Positions 1 through 10,562 of a stretch of 64,000 bases of DNA are shown here, piece after piece (position 1 is the stretch's first letter; each line of letters starts with the position of its first letter). The DNA is from Candidatus Bathyarchaeota archaeon (GTDB lineage: Archaea > Thermoproteota > Bathyarchaeia > Bathyarchaeales > Bathyarchaeaceae). Under the pieces are notes generated by a model that saw only the letters and a program-made list of their open reading frames with translations, searched no databases and was not told where the DNA came from. The stretch covers positions 69,140 through 133,139 of the forward strand of contig CAVOMX010000014.1 in NCBI GenBank assembly GCA_963697165.1, in the 5' to 3' direction. A program made the position numbers and the translations under genes.

Positions 1-892
1 GCTTCATAATCCAGGCGAAATCATCTTTTCTAACGTGTTGATTAAAGACGGAAAACCATACTGGTTGGGCATGGGCAGTGAACTTCCTAAAGAAGGAATT
101 AACTTCTCAGGAAAATGGTACGAAGGCAAGAAAGACGAAAAAGGTAACGAAATTCCAGCTGCCCACAAGAACGCGCGATACGCAGTAACTCTAAAAGCAC
201 TGGAAAATTGTGACCCCGAATTAGAAAACCCGTTAGGAGTTGAGTTGAAAGGCATAATGTATGGCGGACGGGACACTAAAGCCTATGTTCCTGTGCAACA
301 AAGCTTTGATTGGGAGCACGGAATTATCGCTTACGGAGCATCTTTGGAAACGGAAACAACTTTTGCTACAATAGGTAAAGAAGGAGTGCCTGAAATTAAC
401 ATGATGAGCATTCAGGACTTCATTTCCATTCCATTAGGAAAGAATGTGCGGAATAACGTTGAGTTTGGAAAGAAGCTCGAGAAACCGCCCGTTGTTTTTG
501 GAGTTAACTATTTCTTGCAGGACAAAAAAGGCAACTACCTCAATGACCCGCGGGACAAACATGTTTGGGTAAAATGGATGGAACTACGAGTCCACGACGA
601 AGTTGATGCAATAAAAACACCCACTGGATACATCCCAAAATATGAAGATTTATGCAAGCTCTTCAAACAGTTACTAGATAAAGACTACAGCAAAGAAGAT
701 TATGTCAAACAGTTCAGCATTCGGGTTCAAGAAAATATGGCTAAAATCAAGCGAGTCAGACAGTTCTATAAGAAGAATGTCACGTATACGCCAGAAGCGG
801 TGTTTTGGGTACTAAACGAGCAGTACGAGCGCATCCTTAACGCCAAAGAAAAATATGGCAACTACATTTCACCCGAAGAATTCAAAGAATAA
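1..892 (+). CDS. pckG: Phosphoenolpyruvate carboxykinase (GTP), C-terminal part (5'-truncated by window)
   Basis: PAAHKNARY, GIMYGGRD and VFGVNYF motifs of GTP-PEPCK; frame open to the window edge. Confidence 0.9.
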   Translation, partial: LHNPGEIIFSNVLIKDGKPYWLGMGSELPKEGINFSGKWYEGKKDEKGNEIPAAHKNARYAVTLKALENCDPELENPLGVELKGIMYGGRDTKAYVPVQQSFDWEHGIIAYGASLETETTFATIGKEGVPEINMMSIQDFISIPLGKNVRNNVEFGKKLEKPPVVFGVNYFLQDKKGNYLNDPRDKHVWVKWMELRVHDEVDAIKTPTGYIPKYEDLCKLFKQLLDKDYSKEDYVKQFSIRVQENMAKIKRVRQFYKKNVTYTPEAVFWVLNEQYERILNAKEKYGNYISPEEFKE

Positions 893-1003
893 AATAGAAA
901 AAAGGGGGAATTCCCCAATTTTTCTTATTTTGCTTTTTTTGAAAACGGAAAATCTATAGGCTAGTCCTAATAAGAACATTAAATAATCCGTTAAGTATGG
1001 CGT

Positions 1004-1080
1004 GCCTCGGTGGCTCAGCCCGGTAGAGCGGCAGCCTTGTAAGCTGTTGGTCGCGGGATCAAATCCCGCCCGAGGCTCCA
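1004..1080 (+). tRNA. tRNA-Thr(TGT)
   Basis: Acceptor GCCTCGG/CCGAGGC, anticodon arm CAGC-CTTGTAA-GCTG, encoded CCA; T-loop reads ATCAAAT. Confidence 0.93.
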
Positions 1081-1180
1081 TTTACATATTCTGAACTTTT
1101 TGAAACATTTTTTAAGTGTAATTTAGATACGTTACTTTTCAAAGACTTTGCCTTGAGTAATCTGGATGTGAAAGAACGTT

Positions 1181-1957
1181 ATGGTGTCGCTTATCGAAAT
1201 TTTGATTCTAGCGGTTATTCAGGGTTTAACAGAGTGGTTACCCGTCTCTAGTTCGGGTCATCTCATAATCATCCAAAAAGTTCTCGGATTGAACCTTCCA
1301 CTAATCTACAGTGTAATGTTGCATGTTGGCACTTTGTTCGTTGTTCTCACAGTTTTTCGGAAAGATATCTTAGACATTATCAAAGCTTTGGTTAAACGCG
1401 ATTTTGGTACTGAAGAGGGAAAACTTGGGTTATTCATAACCGTTGGCAGCGTGCCAATTGCCATTATAGGCTTCGTTTTCTACGATGTATTCGAATCTCT
1501 ATTCTATAACCTCCCTGTCGTAGGTTTAGCCCTATTAATCACGGGTTGGATAATCTTCGTTTCCGAAAAAAGATTAGGCAACAGAAAAATGGGCATCCTA
1601 GATTCACTTATAATGGGACTGGCTCAAGGAGTCACCATAATCCCAGGCATCTCCAGAAGCGGCATAACAATAGCCACAGGATTACTAAGAAAAATTGACA
1701 AAGCAACCGCTTTTAGGTATTCATTCTTGTTATCTGTGCCCGCCGTAATAGGAGCAACAGTCATGGAATCAAAAGACTTGGTGACGGGAAACGTGGACGC
1801 GGTTCCGTTGTTTCTGGGAGCAATAATTTCCATGGTAGTGGGTTACACATCTCTTAAACTTCTTCAGAAGATAATTATGAACGAGAAATTCCACCTATTT
1901 GCATATTACTGTTGGACAGTAGGAATAGCGATAATTCTTTTCACAATCTTTCAATAA
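1181..1957 (+). CDS. uppP: Undecaprenyl-diphosphate phosphatase (BacA family)
   Basis: QGLTEWLPVSSSGH and PGISRSG motifs; multiple TM segments. Confidence 0.95.
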   Translation: MVSLIEILILAVIQGLTEWLPVSSSGHLIIIQKVLGLNLPLIYSVMLHVGTLFVVLTVFRKDILDIIKALVKRDFGTEEGKLGLFITVGSVPIAIIGFVFYDVFESLFYNLPVVGLALLITGWIIFVSEKRLGNRKMGILDSLIMGLAQGVTIIPGISRSGITIATGLLRKIDKATAFRYSFLLSVPAVIGATVMESKDLVTGNVDAVPLFLGAIISMVVGYTSLKLLQKIIMNEKFHLFAYYCWTVGIAIILFTIFQ

Positions 1958-2081
1958 AGTAGGTATATGTTCTCTCTAAAAAAGAGGGAAACTTCTTAAG
2001 GTTGATCGAGATTTTTGAAAAGGAAGACTAACGTATTTAAGCTATGTAACCAATATTGAAAAAGAATGTAGAGGGGATATC

Positions 2082-2381
2082 GTGGGAAGGAAGGTCAAAC
2101 GCGAAGACTATAATGCAATCAAAGTGCCAGCAGGAAACGATGTAATAGGCATAGCCAAAACAATGCTTGGGTTCGACAGACTAATGGTGAGCTGCCAAGA
2201 CGGACATGAACGCCTCTGTAGGATACGCGGAAAAATGAAACGCAGAATGTGGATAAGAGTAGGAGATATCGTTTTGGTTTCTCCCTGGGATTTTCAATCT
2301 GACGAGCGGGGTGACATAATATGGCGTTACAAGAGAAATCAGGGAGACTGGTTGAGAAGAAAAGGCTACATGAAAGTTTGA
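2082..2381 (+). CDS. eif1a: Translation initiation factor aIF-1A
   Basis: RLCRIRGKMKRRMWIRVGDIVLVSPWDFQ signature. Confidence 0.95.
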   Translation: MGRKVKREDYNAIKVPAGNDVIGIAKTMLGFDRLMVSCQDGHERLCRIRGKMKRRMWIRVGDIVLVSPWDFQSDERGDIIWRYKRNQGDWLRRKGYMKV

Positions 2382-2473
2382 CATAACCTGTAACTATCAT
2401 CTTTTTGATTAACAGTAGGATTTAAAAGAGAGTCTATCCAACAATAACAGCACAAATATCGGAGAATCGAAAA

Positions 2474-2770
2474 ATGAGCAAAAAAACTAGTGACTCAAAC
2501 ATTATATACGTAGGAAGAAAACCTCCCATGAATTATGTGTTAGGCATCGTAACCGCTTTCAGCGGATCCGAAACAAAAGATGTTACTGTGAAGGCGAGAG
2601 GACAAGCTATAACAACAGCAGTTGATGCAGTCGAAATAGCTAGGCGCAGATTCGTAAAAGAAATGAAAGTAGACAAAATTGCCATCGGAACCGAAGAGAT
2701 GCCGCCAAGGGAAGGAGAAAGTAACTCAAGGATGATTTCAACCATTGAGATCACCTTGAAACGAAGCTAG
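2474..2770 (+). CDS. albA: DNA/RNA-binding protein Alba
   Basis: VGRKPPMNYV, KARGQAITTAVD, ISTIEITL. Confidence 0.95.
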   Translation: MSKKTSDSNIIYVGRKPPMNYVLGIVTAFSGSETKDVTVKARGQAITTAVDAVEIARRRFVKEMKVDKIAIGTEEMPPREGESNSRMISTIEITLKRS

Positions 2771-2809
2771 ACAACAACTGCTAGCGTATTCTCTACGTAT
2801 TTCGGAAAA

Positions 2810-2905
2810 CGGACAAAATCTCGACTAAAGGTCGCAGTGTCTGGAGCTCCCTAGATGGAGTTCTTTGTGGTTCACTGCAGCAAATGGGTGTTCGCAGATA
2901 GTCCG
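2810..2905. ncRNA. Possible structured RNA / long imperfect hairpin downstream of alba
   Basis: Nested complementarity CGGAC/GTCCG, ATCT/AGAT, GCAGTG/CACTGC, GGAGCTCC/GGAGTTCT in a GC-richer intergenic stretch. Confidence 0.3.
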
Positions 2906-3028
2906 TAATCTAATCGAATTTTTTTCTTTTTTTTGTTTCCAATTAACGTCTTTGTTAATTATTTAACTTATTATTATACCGTAAGACTTAAGACTTGATA
3001 TAGTTTAATAGATAAATAGGGAAAGCGC

Positions 3029-3595
3029 TTGGGAAAAGCCACCTTACTAACACCGGTGTACATCTCCGTAGCATGGACATTGATGACCAGCTACCAGCTT
3101 TTTACTCAAACAACAGTAGATACAGTTACGACATACATCTACACGTATTTGCCTACAGTAGGCGCTTGGATGGCTTCCAGAATAGACATGCTCGTATTCA
3201 TCCATTCATTCGCATGGATCTTCCTTTTGTCATCATTTATTCCTTCATTACTTCTGGGAAAGCAGAGAGGCGTCCTTGTCCAATTCGGTCTATGCTTAAC
3301 ATTGGCAGTTTTGGCAAATATTGTTCAAGGTGCTGTGGCCGACATCAGCCAAGGACCACTAGATCAAATCCTAGGCGTAGCACCATTGTTCCAAAATCCA
3401 GTATTGGCCGCAGGTTATATGTCGTTACCATATCTTTTGATGGTTTGGTTCGATATTCGGGGTAAACGCAAAAAGATAGAAATGTTAAATTTTAAAATGG
3501 AAAGTAACGATTTTCCAGAAGACGTTTTCATTGTTGAAAACGATTTTAGAGAAGAGGAAAAAGCACAAGAATACGAACAAACACATCCACAATAA
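3029..3595 (+). CDS. Hypothetical membrane protein
   Basis: About 4 hydrophobic segments and an acidic tail; stop overlaps the next start. Confidence 0.7.
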   Translation: MGKATLLTPVYISVAWTLMTSYQLFTQTTVDTVTTYIYTYLPTVGAWMASRIDMLVFIHSFAWIFLLSSFIPSLLLGKQRGVLVQFGLCLTLAVLANIVQGAVADISQGPLDQILGVAPLFQNPVLAAGYMSLPYLLMVWFDIRGKRKKIEMLNFKMESNDFPEDVFIVENDFREEEKAQEYEQTHPQ

Positions 3596-4224
3596 TGCAT
3601 GCTCGTAACAAAAATCCAAGTATTGTCTACTGGCTTGGTAACAGCATATACTTGAACGTAACCAACAGGTGTTCCAACAATTGCTATTTTTGTTTCAGAA
3701 AATTCAAGAACGGCATTCAAGAATTTAACCTAAAGTTGCAAAAGGAACCGACCACAAAAGAAGCGATGGAAGAACTGGGAAAGGTCATAAACAGAAAAAA
3801 CTGGAGCGAAGTTGTCTTCTGCGGCTTCGGTGAACCCTTGGAAAGGCTGAATCTTGTTTTGGAAGTAACCCGACGGGTAAAGAAGCAGTATTGGAAGACA
3901 GTCAGGGTTGACACTAATGGTCAAGGATACTTACTTAACAAAGGAATAGATGTAGCGCGGGAGTTGAAGAATGCTGGCGTAGACAAGGTGAGCGTAAGCT
4001 TGAACGCTGACGACAAGGAAACATACAACCAAATCTGCAAACCTGTCTTCGAAGAGGCCTATGAAAACGTTTTGGAGTTCATAAAAAGGGCTAAAGACGT
4101 GGGTTTAGAAACAGAGGCAACAGCCTTAACGATCCCCGAGGTGGATATTACAAAAGTTAGGGAACTGGCTGAAAGTCTGGGAGTTAAATTTGCAGTACGA
4201 GAATATATTCCATTCTTCTGGTAG
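3595..4224 (+). CDS. TatD-associated radical SAM protein
   Basis: YLNVTNRCSNNCYFC (CxxxCxxC), VFCGFGEP, RVDTNGQG. Confidence 0.88.
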   Translation: MHARNKNPSIVYWLGNSIYLNVTNRCSNNCYFCFRKFKNGIQEFNLKLQKEPTTKEAMEELGKVINRKNWSEVVFCGFGEPLERLNLVLEVTRRVKKQYWKTVRVDTNGQGYLLNKGIDVARELKNAGVDKVSVSLNADDKETYNQICKPVFEEAYENVLEFIKRAKDVGLETEATALTIPEVDITKVRELAESLGVKFAVREYIPFFW

Positions 4225-4321
4225 AACACCCAACAACGTAGATGATGTGAACGTTATAACAAGTTAGCGAACTGAAAAACTAATCTTCGAGACTGAAGTC
4301 TAAATCTGAAGAGTATTCATT

Positions 4322-4591
4322 TTAGGGAATATTGAATCCTACTAAACGGATTTTGCTGTTACACTTGTTACACTGAATTTCCAATTCTTCTAGATTGTCA
4401 CCACTAACTATGGTGTCGAGTATCATGTAAACGTCCTCGGTTTCATCTTCAGGAGATATGATTGTTCCACAACATGGACACGGGAAGTCTCCTTCTCCTT
4501 GAAGTTCGGTCAGGTCCATTTTATACACCAGAGGTGGTTGCATAGATTCCATCTTCCTTTGAGTATTGATTCTTTCTGTGTTTCTATTCAA
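4322..4591 (-). CDS. Small zinc-ribbon protein
   Basis: CPCCG...CNKC cysteine pairs. Confidence 0.7.
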   Translation of the reverse strand: MNRNTERINTQRKMESMQPPLVYKMDLTELQGEGDFPCPCCGTIISPEDETEDVYMILDTIVSGDNLEELEIQCNKCNSKIRLVGFNIP

Positions 4592-4764
4592 TAAATAACG
4601 TTTATGAACGCCTCATCCATTTCCATTTTACATATCTAACTTAATGTTGATTCGTCTGGATTCTTATTTCGGAAAATGAATTTAATATATCACTGCAGGA
4701 TTCGGGATACGAAACATATAAAATATGCCTAAGAGCATAAGTGGTATAGTATAGAGGGAAAAAA

Positions 4765-5301
4765 TTGGCCCCAAAAGAACGTTCAGTTAAAAGAACTACA
4801 ATAATTCTGGATGAAAACGAACGTGAATACATCGATTTGCTCATACAAGAAGGTAGAGAACCGGGAATAAAACCCCTCATCTCAAAGATGCTTGACGTTT
4901 ACCGAAGCATGAGCATCTACGACTGGAAATTCCCCGGAGAATACTATATTGGAATCAGTCGCGTAGCCTTTCTAAACGTCGAATTTATCGACATTCTTCT
5001 CAATTATATCCCCGAAAATAAATGGAAAGAAGTTGGACGAAAGATTGGAGAAATGGCTAAAGTTTCTCTGGAGGCAAGCATCGACATAGAAACCACAAAC
5101 AGGGAAAGATGGCCTGAAGTGTTTAAGAGGTTGCGGGTCCAAGGTTTCGGAGACTTTTATCTTAAAAACAAATTTGTGATAATTAGAACACCACTTATAA
5201 GTAATTCCGAGTTTTTATGTGGATTCATAGAAAGTTTGCTTGGAATTAGCTTGGAAGCGAGAACCCTAACACCTCCCCTCGTCTTAGAGATCATCGGCTA
5301 A
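4765..5301 (+). CDS. Hypothetical protein, possible regulator (N-terminal RHH-like, C-terminal V4R-like)
   Basis: KRTTIILD N-terminus; directly upstream of the pilin gene. Confidence 0.55.
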   Translation: MAPKERSVKRTTIILDENEREYIDLLIQEGREPGIKPLISKMLDVYRSMSIYDWKFPGEYYIGISRVAFLNVEFIDILLNYIPENKWKEVGRKIGEMAKVSLEASIDIETTNRERWPEVFKRLRVQGFGDFYLKNKFVIIRTPLISNSEFLCGFIESLLGISLEARTLTPPLVLEIIG

Positions 5302-5559
5302 ATGTATCTTAAGGATGAGGAGCAGAATCTTTGGAGATTCTATTTTTAAAAATAGTTTGGCAAAAATAGTCACAGTTGATGAATTTTTTAATGTGATTCG
5401 TATAACAAATAGCCAAATAATAAGTGGGTAATGGCACAATCAATATTATTTTTATATATTTATATTCTGAATTGAATGGTTATTTGCAGTATATATTCTG
5501 GTTTCATATGTGTTAAATATTTTGTCTTCAGAGTTTCTTGACACAGGAGAAGTCTAATA

Positions 5560-5991
5560 ATGAAGAACATCCTAAAATCGAAGAAGGGAATTTCGCCAAT
5601 CCTCGCTACACTCCTCTTAATCGTAATTGCCGTAGCAGCAGTCATAGTAACCTACGCTTGGGTCATGACATTCACAGGATCCACCACAAATCAGGCAGGA
5701 GCTGTACTAAAAGTTGATAACGTAAGATTCTACAATGACGGAGCTAACATTGAAATTATAATAAGAAACTCTGGAACAGGTGATGCACAGGTCGACACGG
5801 TATATGTAGGTACTACAGTCTCAAGCCTTGCTACACAAACGGGGGTAGCATATAGTCCAATTTCGCAAATTGTCGCAGCAGGTTCAACACTTAACGCCAC
5901 AATCACATACGATTGGACAGATGGAACAACATACTACTTCAAAATAACCACTGAAGAAGGATTTGAAATTCCATTCAGCAGAGAAGCATAA
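5560..5991 (+). CDS. Archaeal type IV pilin (class III signal peptide)
   Basis: KKG|ISPILATLLLIVIAVAAVIVTYAW class III cleavage motif. Confidence 0.92.
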   Translation: MKNILKSKKGISPILATLLLIVIAVAAVIVTYAWVMTFTGSTTNQAGAVLKVDNVRFYNDGANIEIIIRNSGTGDAQVDTVYVGTTVSSLATQTGVAYSPISQIVAAGSTLNATITYDWTDGTTYYFKITTEEGFEIPFSREA

Positions 5992-6095
5992 CATCAACTT
6001 CCTCTCTTTCCCTTTCGTTACGAATAAAACGTAAGTTTTACATCTGAATTTTTATACCCCATTTTTTACAAACATAAACGGCAGATGATCTTAGC

Positions 6096-6890
6096 GTGAA
6101 CCAAATACTAGATGGTGCTCGAATTATCATATGTCTAAGTTTCTTGTTTTACGCTTCTTGGAGCGACTACAAAACCAGAGAAGTAAGTAACAAAGTTTGG
6201 ATCATCTTAGGACCATTAGCCCTAGCACTAACAGGGTTTCAGTTTTTAGTATATTCAGCCCAACCGCTTCAACTTGTAACAACCTACGTCCTATCTTTTG
6301 CAATAACTTCAGGTTTAGCCATAGCCGTCTTCTACGCTGGAGGCTTCGGAGGAGCAGACGCAAAAGCTTTCATGTGCATCGCTCTTGCTTTACCTGTTTA
6401 TCCTGACTATCTTCTTCCACAACCCCCGGGTTTTGTTTCCCCTCTTTTTCCAATAACAATCTTCACCAACAGTGTTCTATTAGGTGCCCTCAGCGTGTTC
6501 TACGCTCTCTTCCGAAATCTTCTATGGATAGTTAGAAACAGAGGAAACGTCTTTGAAGGCTTGAAAACAGAGTCTTTTGGGCACAAAATTCTGGCACTTA
6601 TAAGCGGCTACAAGGTCAAAATGGCTAAACTAGAAAAGGGACACATGTTTCCTCTTGAAGACGTTGAGCTGAAGGATGATGGTGAGAAAAAGAGAAAGTT
6701 GCTAGCGTTTCCGAAATATGAGGAGCGCGAAGATATTATTGCAAGAATCCGAGAAAACGTAACAGATGAAAAACGTGAAGTATGGGTTACCCCGGGTTTG
6801 CCTCTCCTCATCTTTATCACAGCAGGTTTAATCATTGCTTTGGCTTACGGAGACATTGTGTGGGTCCTGCTCGGATCACTCATCACCTAA
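6096..6890 (+). CDS. Prepilin/prearchaellin peptidase (A24, PibD/FlaK-like)
   Basis: ASWSDYKTREV, GGADAK, C-terminal VWVTPGLP. Confidence 0.92.
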   Translation: MNQILDGARIIICLSFLFYASWSDYKTREVSNKVWIILGPLALALTGFQFLVYSAQPLQLVTTYVLSFAITSGLAIAVFYAGGFGGADAKAFMCIALALPVYPDYLLPQPPGFVSPLFPITIFTNSVLLGALSVFYALFRNLLWIVRNRGNVFEGLKTESFGHKILALISGYKVKMAKLEKGHMFPLEDVELKDDGEKKRKLLAFPKYEEREDIIARIRENVTDEKREVWVTPGLPLLIFITAGLIIALAYGDIVWVLLGSLIT

Positions 6891-6989
6891 AAAATTGAAC
6901 TGTTACAAGTTTGCGAGAAAACAGATTTCTTTTTCTCCAGTGTTACACTTGAAGAATTTGTATTGGAAAATCTAAAGTTTAATTATTCT

Positions 6990-7286
6990 TTAGAAGTAAA
7001 GACTGTCTTTGTATAGAAGCCTAGCTTGTAAGAGAACAGTTAGGCCCTTAGCGGTTACTGTGGATGCTATCCAACCCATCACTCCAAGGTATAGGATGCG
7101 GATGGCGGCTTCTATTAGAGGGGACAAGGCTTCTCCGAAGGATGACAAGAGGTTAGGAACGGGCAGGATATTGATTTCTCCATAAAGATGAATAGATGCC
7201 ATAGTGAATGTGATTAATAGGAGAGCGATTCCTGTGAGAAGAATAACTATTCCTGAAGTTTCAGAGGACTTTATCCGCACCCACAA
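6990..7286 (-). CDS. Small membrane protein of the pilus locus
   Basis: Two TM segments; last gene of the operon. Confidence 0.65.
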   Translation of the reverse strand: MWVRIKSSETSGIVILLTGIALLLITFTMASIHLYGEINILPVPNLLSSFGEALSPLIEAAIRILYLGVMGWIASTVTAKGLTVLLQARLLYKDSLYF

Positions 7287-7291
7287 TCACA

Positions 7292-9220
7292 TCAGTCTAC
7301 TGTAACACTTGGGGGATATTCCACCATCACCCAAAGACCATTGGATCCAGAGCTTGGGTAGATCGGCTCACCATTAAAGGTTACGACTGCGCCATACCAA
7401 GTCACATCCAAAGGATCTTTAAAGGGAGATACTGAAATTTGTTCCACTGGATTAAACTCGATACGTGAAGCAGTTACGTTTAGAGCTCCTGTTTTGTCGT
7501 CCACGATAGAATCGAAAGTGTAAAGTTTCTGGTTATATAAGTCAGTGAACATTAGCCCTGCTCCCGAGTTTCCTGAACTGACTTGGCTCCAATGATGATC
7601 CCAACCTGTTGGTGAACCGTCATAGAAGAGAACTGTGGAACTGGAAGTTTCAGGGTAGACTCCATCGGTTCCGTCTTCTGTTAGTGGCGTTCCACTGAGA
7701 CCTGAAATTTGGATGGCGCTAAGATCAGAAACGATCCTGCTCTGGGAGGAGTTTACGAAAATTGTTCTTGCTGCATAGGTATAATATGGTGTGTTTGCCG
7801 GTAATGTCAAAAAGACCTGTGAATAAAAGTTAGGACTACCTGCAACTCCGCCACTGTATTCTGGTTCTTGTTGAATTATGTCTCTGACTACGCCGTTGTA
7901 GATTACATACGCAGGTTGTGCCCCGTACGTAGGCAGTTCATCATTGACACGTAGAAAATCCGCTCTATAGCTAGTTGAGTTGCCTAAAACACGTGAAACT
8001 ACATAGAAATTATTTATGTCTAGTCTTAGAAATCCGTTTCGTAAAATTCCAGAAGACGGATTGTCATTGAAGTAAACGTTTTCCCAAGCATAGGACGTCT
8101 GGATTGCTCTGTCGTTCCCATCCCACCATAACGTAACCTCGCTAATAGCATTATTAACTAAAAATACTAACATTCTATTGTTGTTGAGTAGGCTATTGTT
8201 TCCAGCAAGTCCAAGAGGTATCTGGTAGGAAGATGCCCAATTTTCCACTTGGAAAGGCACCTCTTGGTTAACACCATTGATGGTTGCGTTAACATGAAGA
8301 CCTTTGACTGAAATTGGAGGAATCGGTTTCGTCTGAGGGGTTAGTTCCAGATTTTGGCCAAGCCATCTTAAAGTGCCGTTTTGGAGAAGCTCAATAACCA
8401 TTGTATCCGTGGACAAAGACTCATAAATTGTTTGCATGCCATTAACGTTCCAGTTAAAAGTGTAAGTGTAATGGGGAATTCCTGAGCTAACAGAGTTTTG
8501 TGAATAAAAAGCGGTTACTATTATACCTCTATTGTCTTCAACTTGAACCGAGTATGCATCTTGGTCTACTCCTGAAGGAATTGTTAGGGTATAAACTCCG
8601 TTAGAAGAGATTATAAGGTTAGTTGGATTGACTAGCTCCCAAGTTGAGTCATCATAGTTGTATTTGTAGAACCAGAAGTTTTCTTCGCTTAATCCTAGTT
8701 CAGGCTCGGTATTATCACGAATGACCTTGATTTGGGCTACACCAGAACCTGAGGATAGCATTGTGACTTTCAGGGCTGAAGATGTTTCATATGTTACTCC
8801 CTCGATTCCGAGACTCCCCAATGAATAAGTTAGTGAAATGTTTCCCACACTGTAGCTCTCAGGCATATACCAACGGGTGGAGACTTGGTCAAAACTGAGT
8901 GAGAAGGATGGGTTCCATTCAGGATGCGAATGCGCAATATGGACAAGCCCGCTCGAAAGATAACTGTCAGTGAGGCTCTGGGCGTATGTTGAGTTACCGG
9001 TAACTTTCAGTATTGAACCGTAATATCCAACTGTATGATCCAATATTCGTTTGATATCCGCATTCATTTCTCCCATAGCTGTTAGGACTGTGGGTGAGTT
9101 CTGTATCGGAGCGTAGCGGACCATACTATAAGTGGATATAACTGCAGTTACTAGAATCACAGATACAAGTAACGCCGCGATTATGGAGAACTGCCCCTTA
9201 TTCGCTCTACTACCCTTCAT
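7292..9220 (-). CDS. Large pilin-like/adhesin protein
   Basis: NKG|QFSIIAALLVSVIL class III-like signal; S/T/N-rich beta-rich body. Confidence 0.75.
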   Translation of the reverse strand: MKGSRANKGQFSIIAALLVSVILVTAVISTYSMVRYAPIQNSPTVLTAMGEMNADIKRILDHTVGYYGSILKVTGNSTYAQSLTDSYLSSGLVHIAHSHPEWNPSFSLSFDQVSTRWYMPESYSVGNISLTYSLGSLGIEGVTYETSSALKVTMLSSGSGVAQIKVIRDNTEPELGLSEENFWFYKYNYDDSTWELVNPTNLIISSNGVYTLTIPSGVDQDAYSVQVEDNRGIIVTAFYSQNSVSSGIPHYTYTFNWNVNGMQTIYESLSTDTMVIELLQNGTLRWLGQNLELTPQTKPIPPISVKGLHVNATINGVNQEVPFQVENWASSYQIPLGLAGNNSLLNNNRMLVFLVNNAISEVTLWWDGNDRAIQTSYAWENVYFNDNPSSGILRNGFLRLDINNFYVVSRVLGNSTSYRADFLRVNDELPTYGAQPAYVIYNGVVRDIIQQEPEYSGGVAGSPNFYSQVFLTLPANTPYYTYAARTIFVNSSQSRIVSDLSAIQISGLSGTPLTEDGTDGVYPETSSSTVLFYDGSPTGWDHHWSQVSSGNSGAGLMFTDLYNQKLYTFDSIVDDKTGALNVTASRIEFNPVEQISVSPFKDPLDVTWYGAVVTFNGEPIYPSSGSNGLWVMVEYPPSVTVD

Positions 9221-9223
9221 GAA

Positions 9224-10549
9224 TTATGTTCCTCCTTGCTGACCTAGTTGGAGGGTGACAAGTCTTGAAGTGCCATCCGCTCCGAACTCTGATTGATAGA
9301 TGGTGGGTCTGAAGTGCATTAAGAGAGCCAAGCCGGTGATCCTTATGTCAGGAATCCTTGTTAGCCCGATTGCAGTGAAAGCTCCACCTCGTTGGTGAGT
9401 GAAAGTTGCGCCTGCAATCCATCCTGGGGATACAGTTTCGAAAACATAGTCGTTTGGTTGAACAGTGAGGTTGTATGTATTCAGGATTGAGTCTGGAAGG
9501 GCTCGGGTGGCTGTTTGGTATGGAGAAGGAAATATCCCATAATAATTTGAACTCTCATATGCGTAGGAACTGAATTGTACTACTCCCCCTCCTGGTGGTG
9601 TTCCGGCAATTCCGCTATCACTGAAGCTAGTTGGTGGTGGATTTTGGTATTCGTGATCTAAACCTTCCAGAAACGCATTGAGCCCTGACTGTCCTACCAT
9701 CATCATACCATAGATTCCCCATGTGTTGTCGCTCCCTGAGAATTTTACAGTGTTAGTAACGTAATACAAAGGGTAACCTACGATGCTGACGTATGTCCAA
9801 TTGTATTGGTTTATTTTTTGTCCTAGAACATAGCAATATTGTGCATATGAATCAGCAGAATAAAGGTCTGCATAAGCTGAAGGAATTGGAATAGCCTCAC
9901 CACATGTGTTGATTATAACTCCATTTTCCAAAGTCTCACCAACTAAGGGTGTTCCATCTAGTAGGTTTCCAAACTGAGCGGTAGAGTTCACGAGAATAGT
10001 TGTGCTAAAATATGGAGAGAGAAGATGGTAGAGGTCTAATGCAAGGGTTTGCAGGGAGTATCCTGTAATCCACCATCCGTTTGCGTCATTGCAGTTCAGG
10101 ATATACAGCGTGATGTTTTGTCCTGTGCTTTCTCCCACTTTTTGTGAATCTTGGGCGAATGTAACATCGGGTGATGCCACCATTAATGATGCAGCCTCAG
10201 AATCTGCTCCGAAACTTGCATCTGATTTCGATGTTGCTAATTGATATGTTACAACTTCATCAGTGTCTGAAAGAATGTCATAAACTGTAAGGTTATACAC
10301 TACGTTGGGTGGAAGAGAAGCTGAAAGAGCTTTTTGCAGGTCACTCCATGCAACATCAGATGAGTCTTTGAAAACTGTCTCACTTAAAATACCCTTTTCA
10401 TCCAAAGTTTCAAGAGTTGATTGAGAAAGCCCTCGCAGATTAGTTCCGAAAGCTTGGCGTGGCGTAGGCAAAACAGCAAAATATGATGTGATAACGAAGG
10501 CTCCAAGTAGGATTACGATTACGAATAGCACTTCAACAGTTCTCATCAA
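9224..10549 (-). CDS. Minor pilin-like protein
   Basis: N-terminal TVEVLFVIVILL hydrophobic helix with Glu; pilus operon context. Confidence 0.7.
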   Translation of the reverse strand: MMRTVEVLFVIVILLGAFVITSYFAVLPTPRQAFGTNLRGLSQSTLETLDEKGILSETVFKDSSDVAWSDLQKALSASLPPNVVYNLTVYDILSDTDEVVTYQLATSKSDASFGADSEAASLMVASPDVTFAQDSQKVGESTGQNITLYILNCNDANGWWITGYSLQTLALDLYHLLSPYFSTTILVNSTAQFGNLLDGTPLVGETLENGVIINTCGEAIPIPSAYADLYSADSYAQYCYVLGQKINQYNWTYVSIVGYPLYYVTNTVKFSGSDNTWGIYGMMMVGQSGLNAFLEGLDHEYQNPPPTSFSDSGIAGTPPGGGVVQFSSYAYESSNYYGIFPSPYQTATRALPDSILNTYNLTVQPNDYVFETVSPGWIAGATFTHQRGGAFTAIGLTRIPDIRITGLALLMHFRPTIYQSEFGADGTSRLVTLQLGQQGGT

Positions 10550-10562
10550 CGCTCATCACCAC

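Noticed and set aside
1055..1067. tRNA-Thr T-loop with A instead of T at position 54 as a pseudogene sign
   Set aside because: All stems and CCA intact; a single variant is insufficient
869..1081. ORF MEPRAGFDPAT... as an integrase fragment
   Set aside because: Just the antisense of tRNA-Thr; no int(N)/int(C) or att nearby
2850..2895. Fluoride riboswitch (GATGGAGTTC)
   Set aside because: Downstream conserved pairing segment not found and no fluoride-related gene follows
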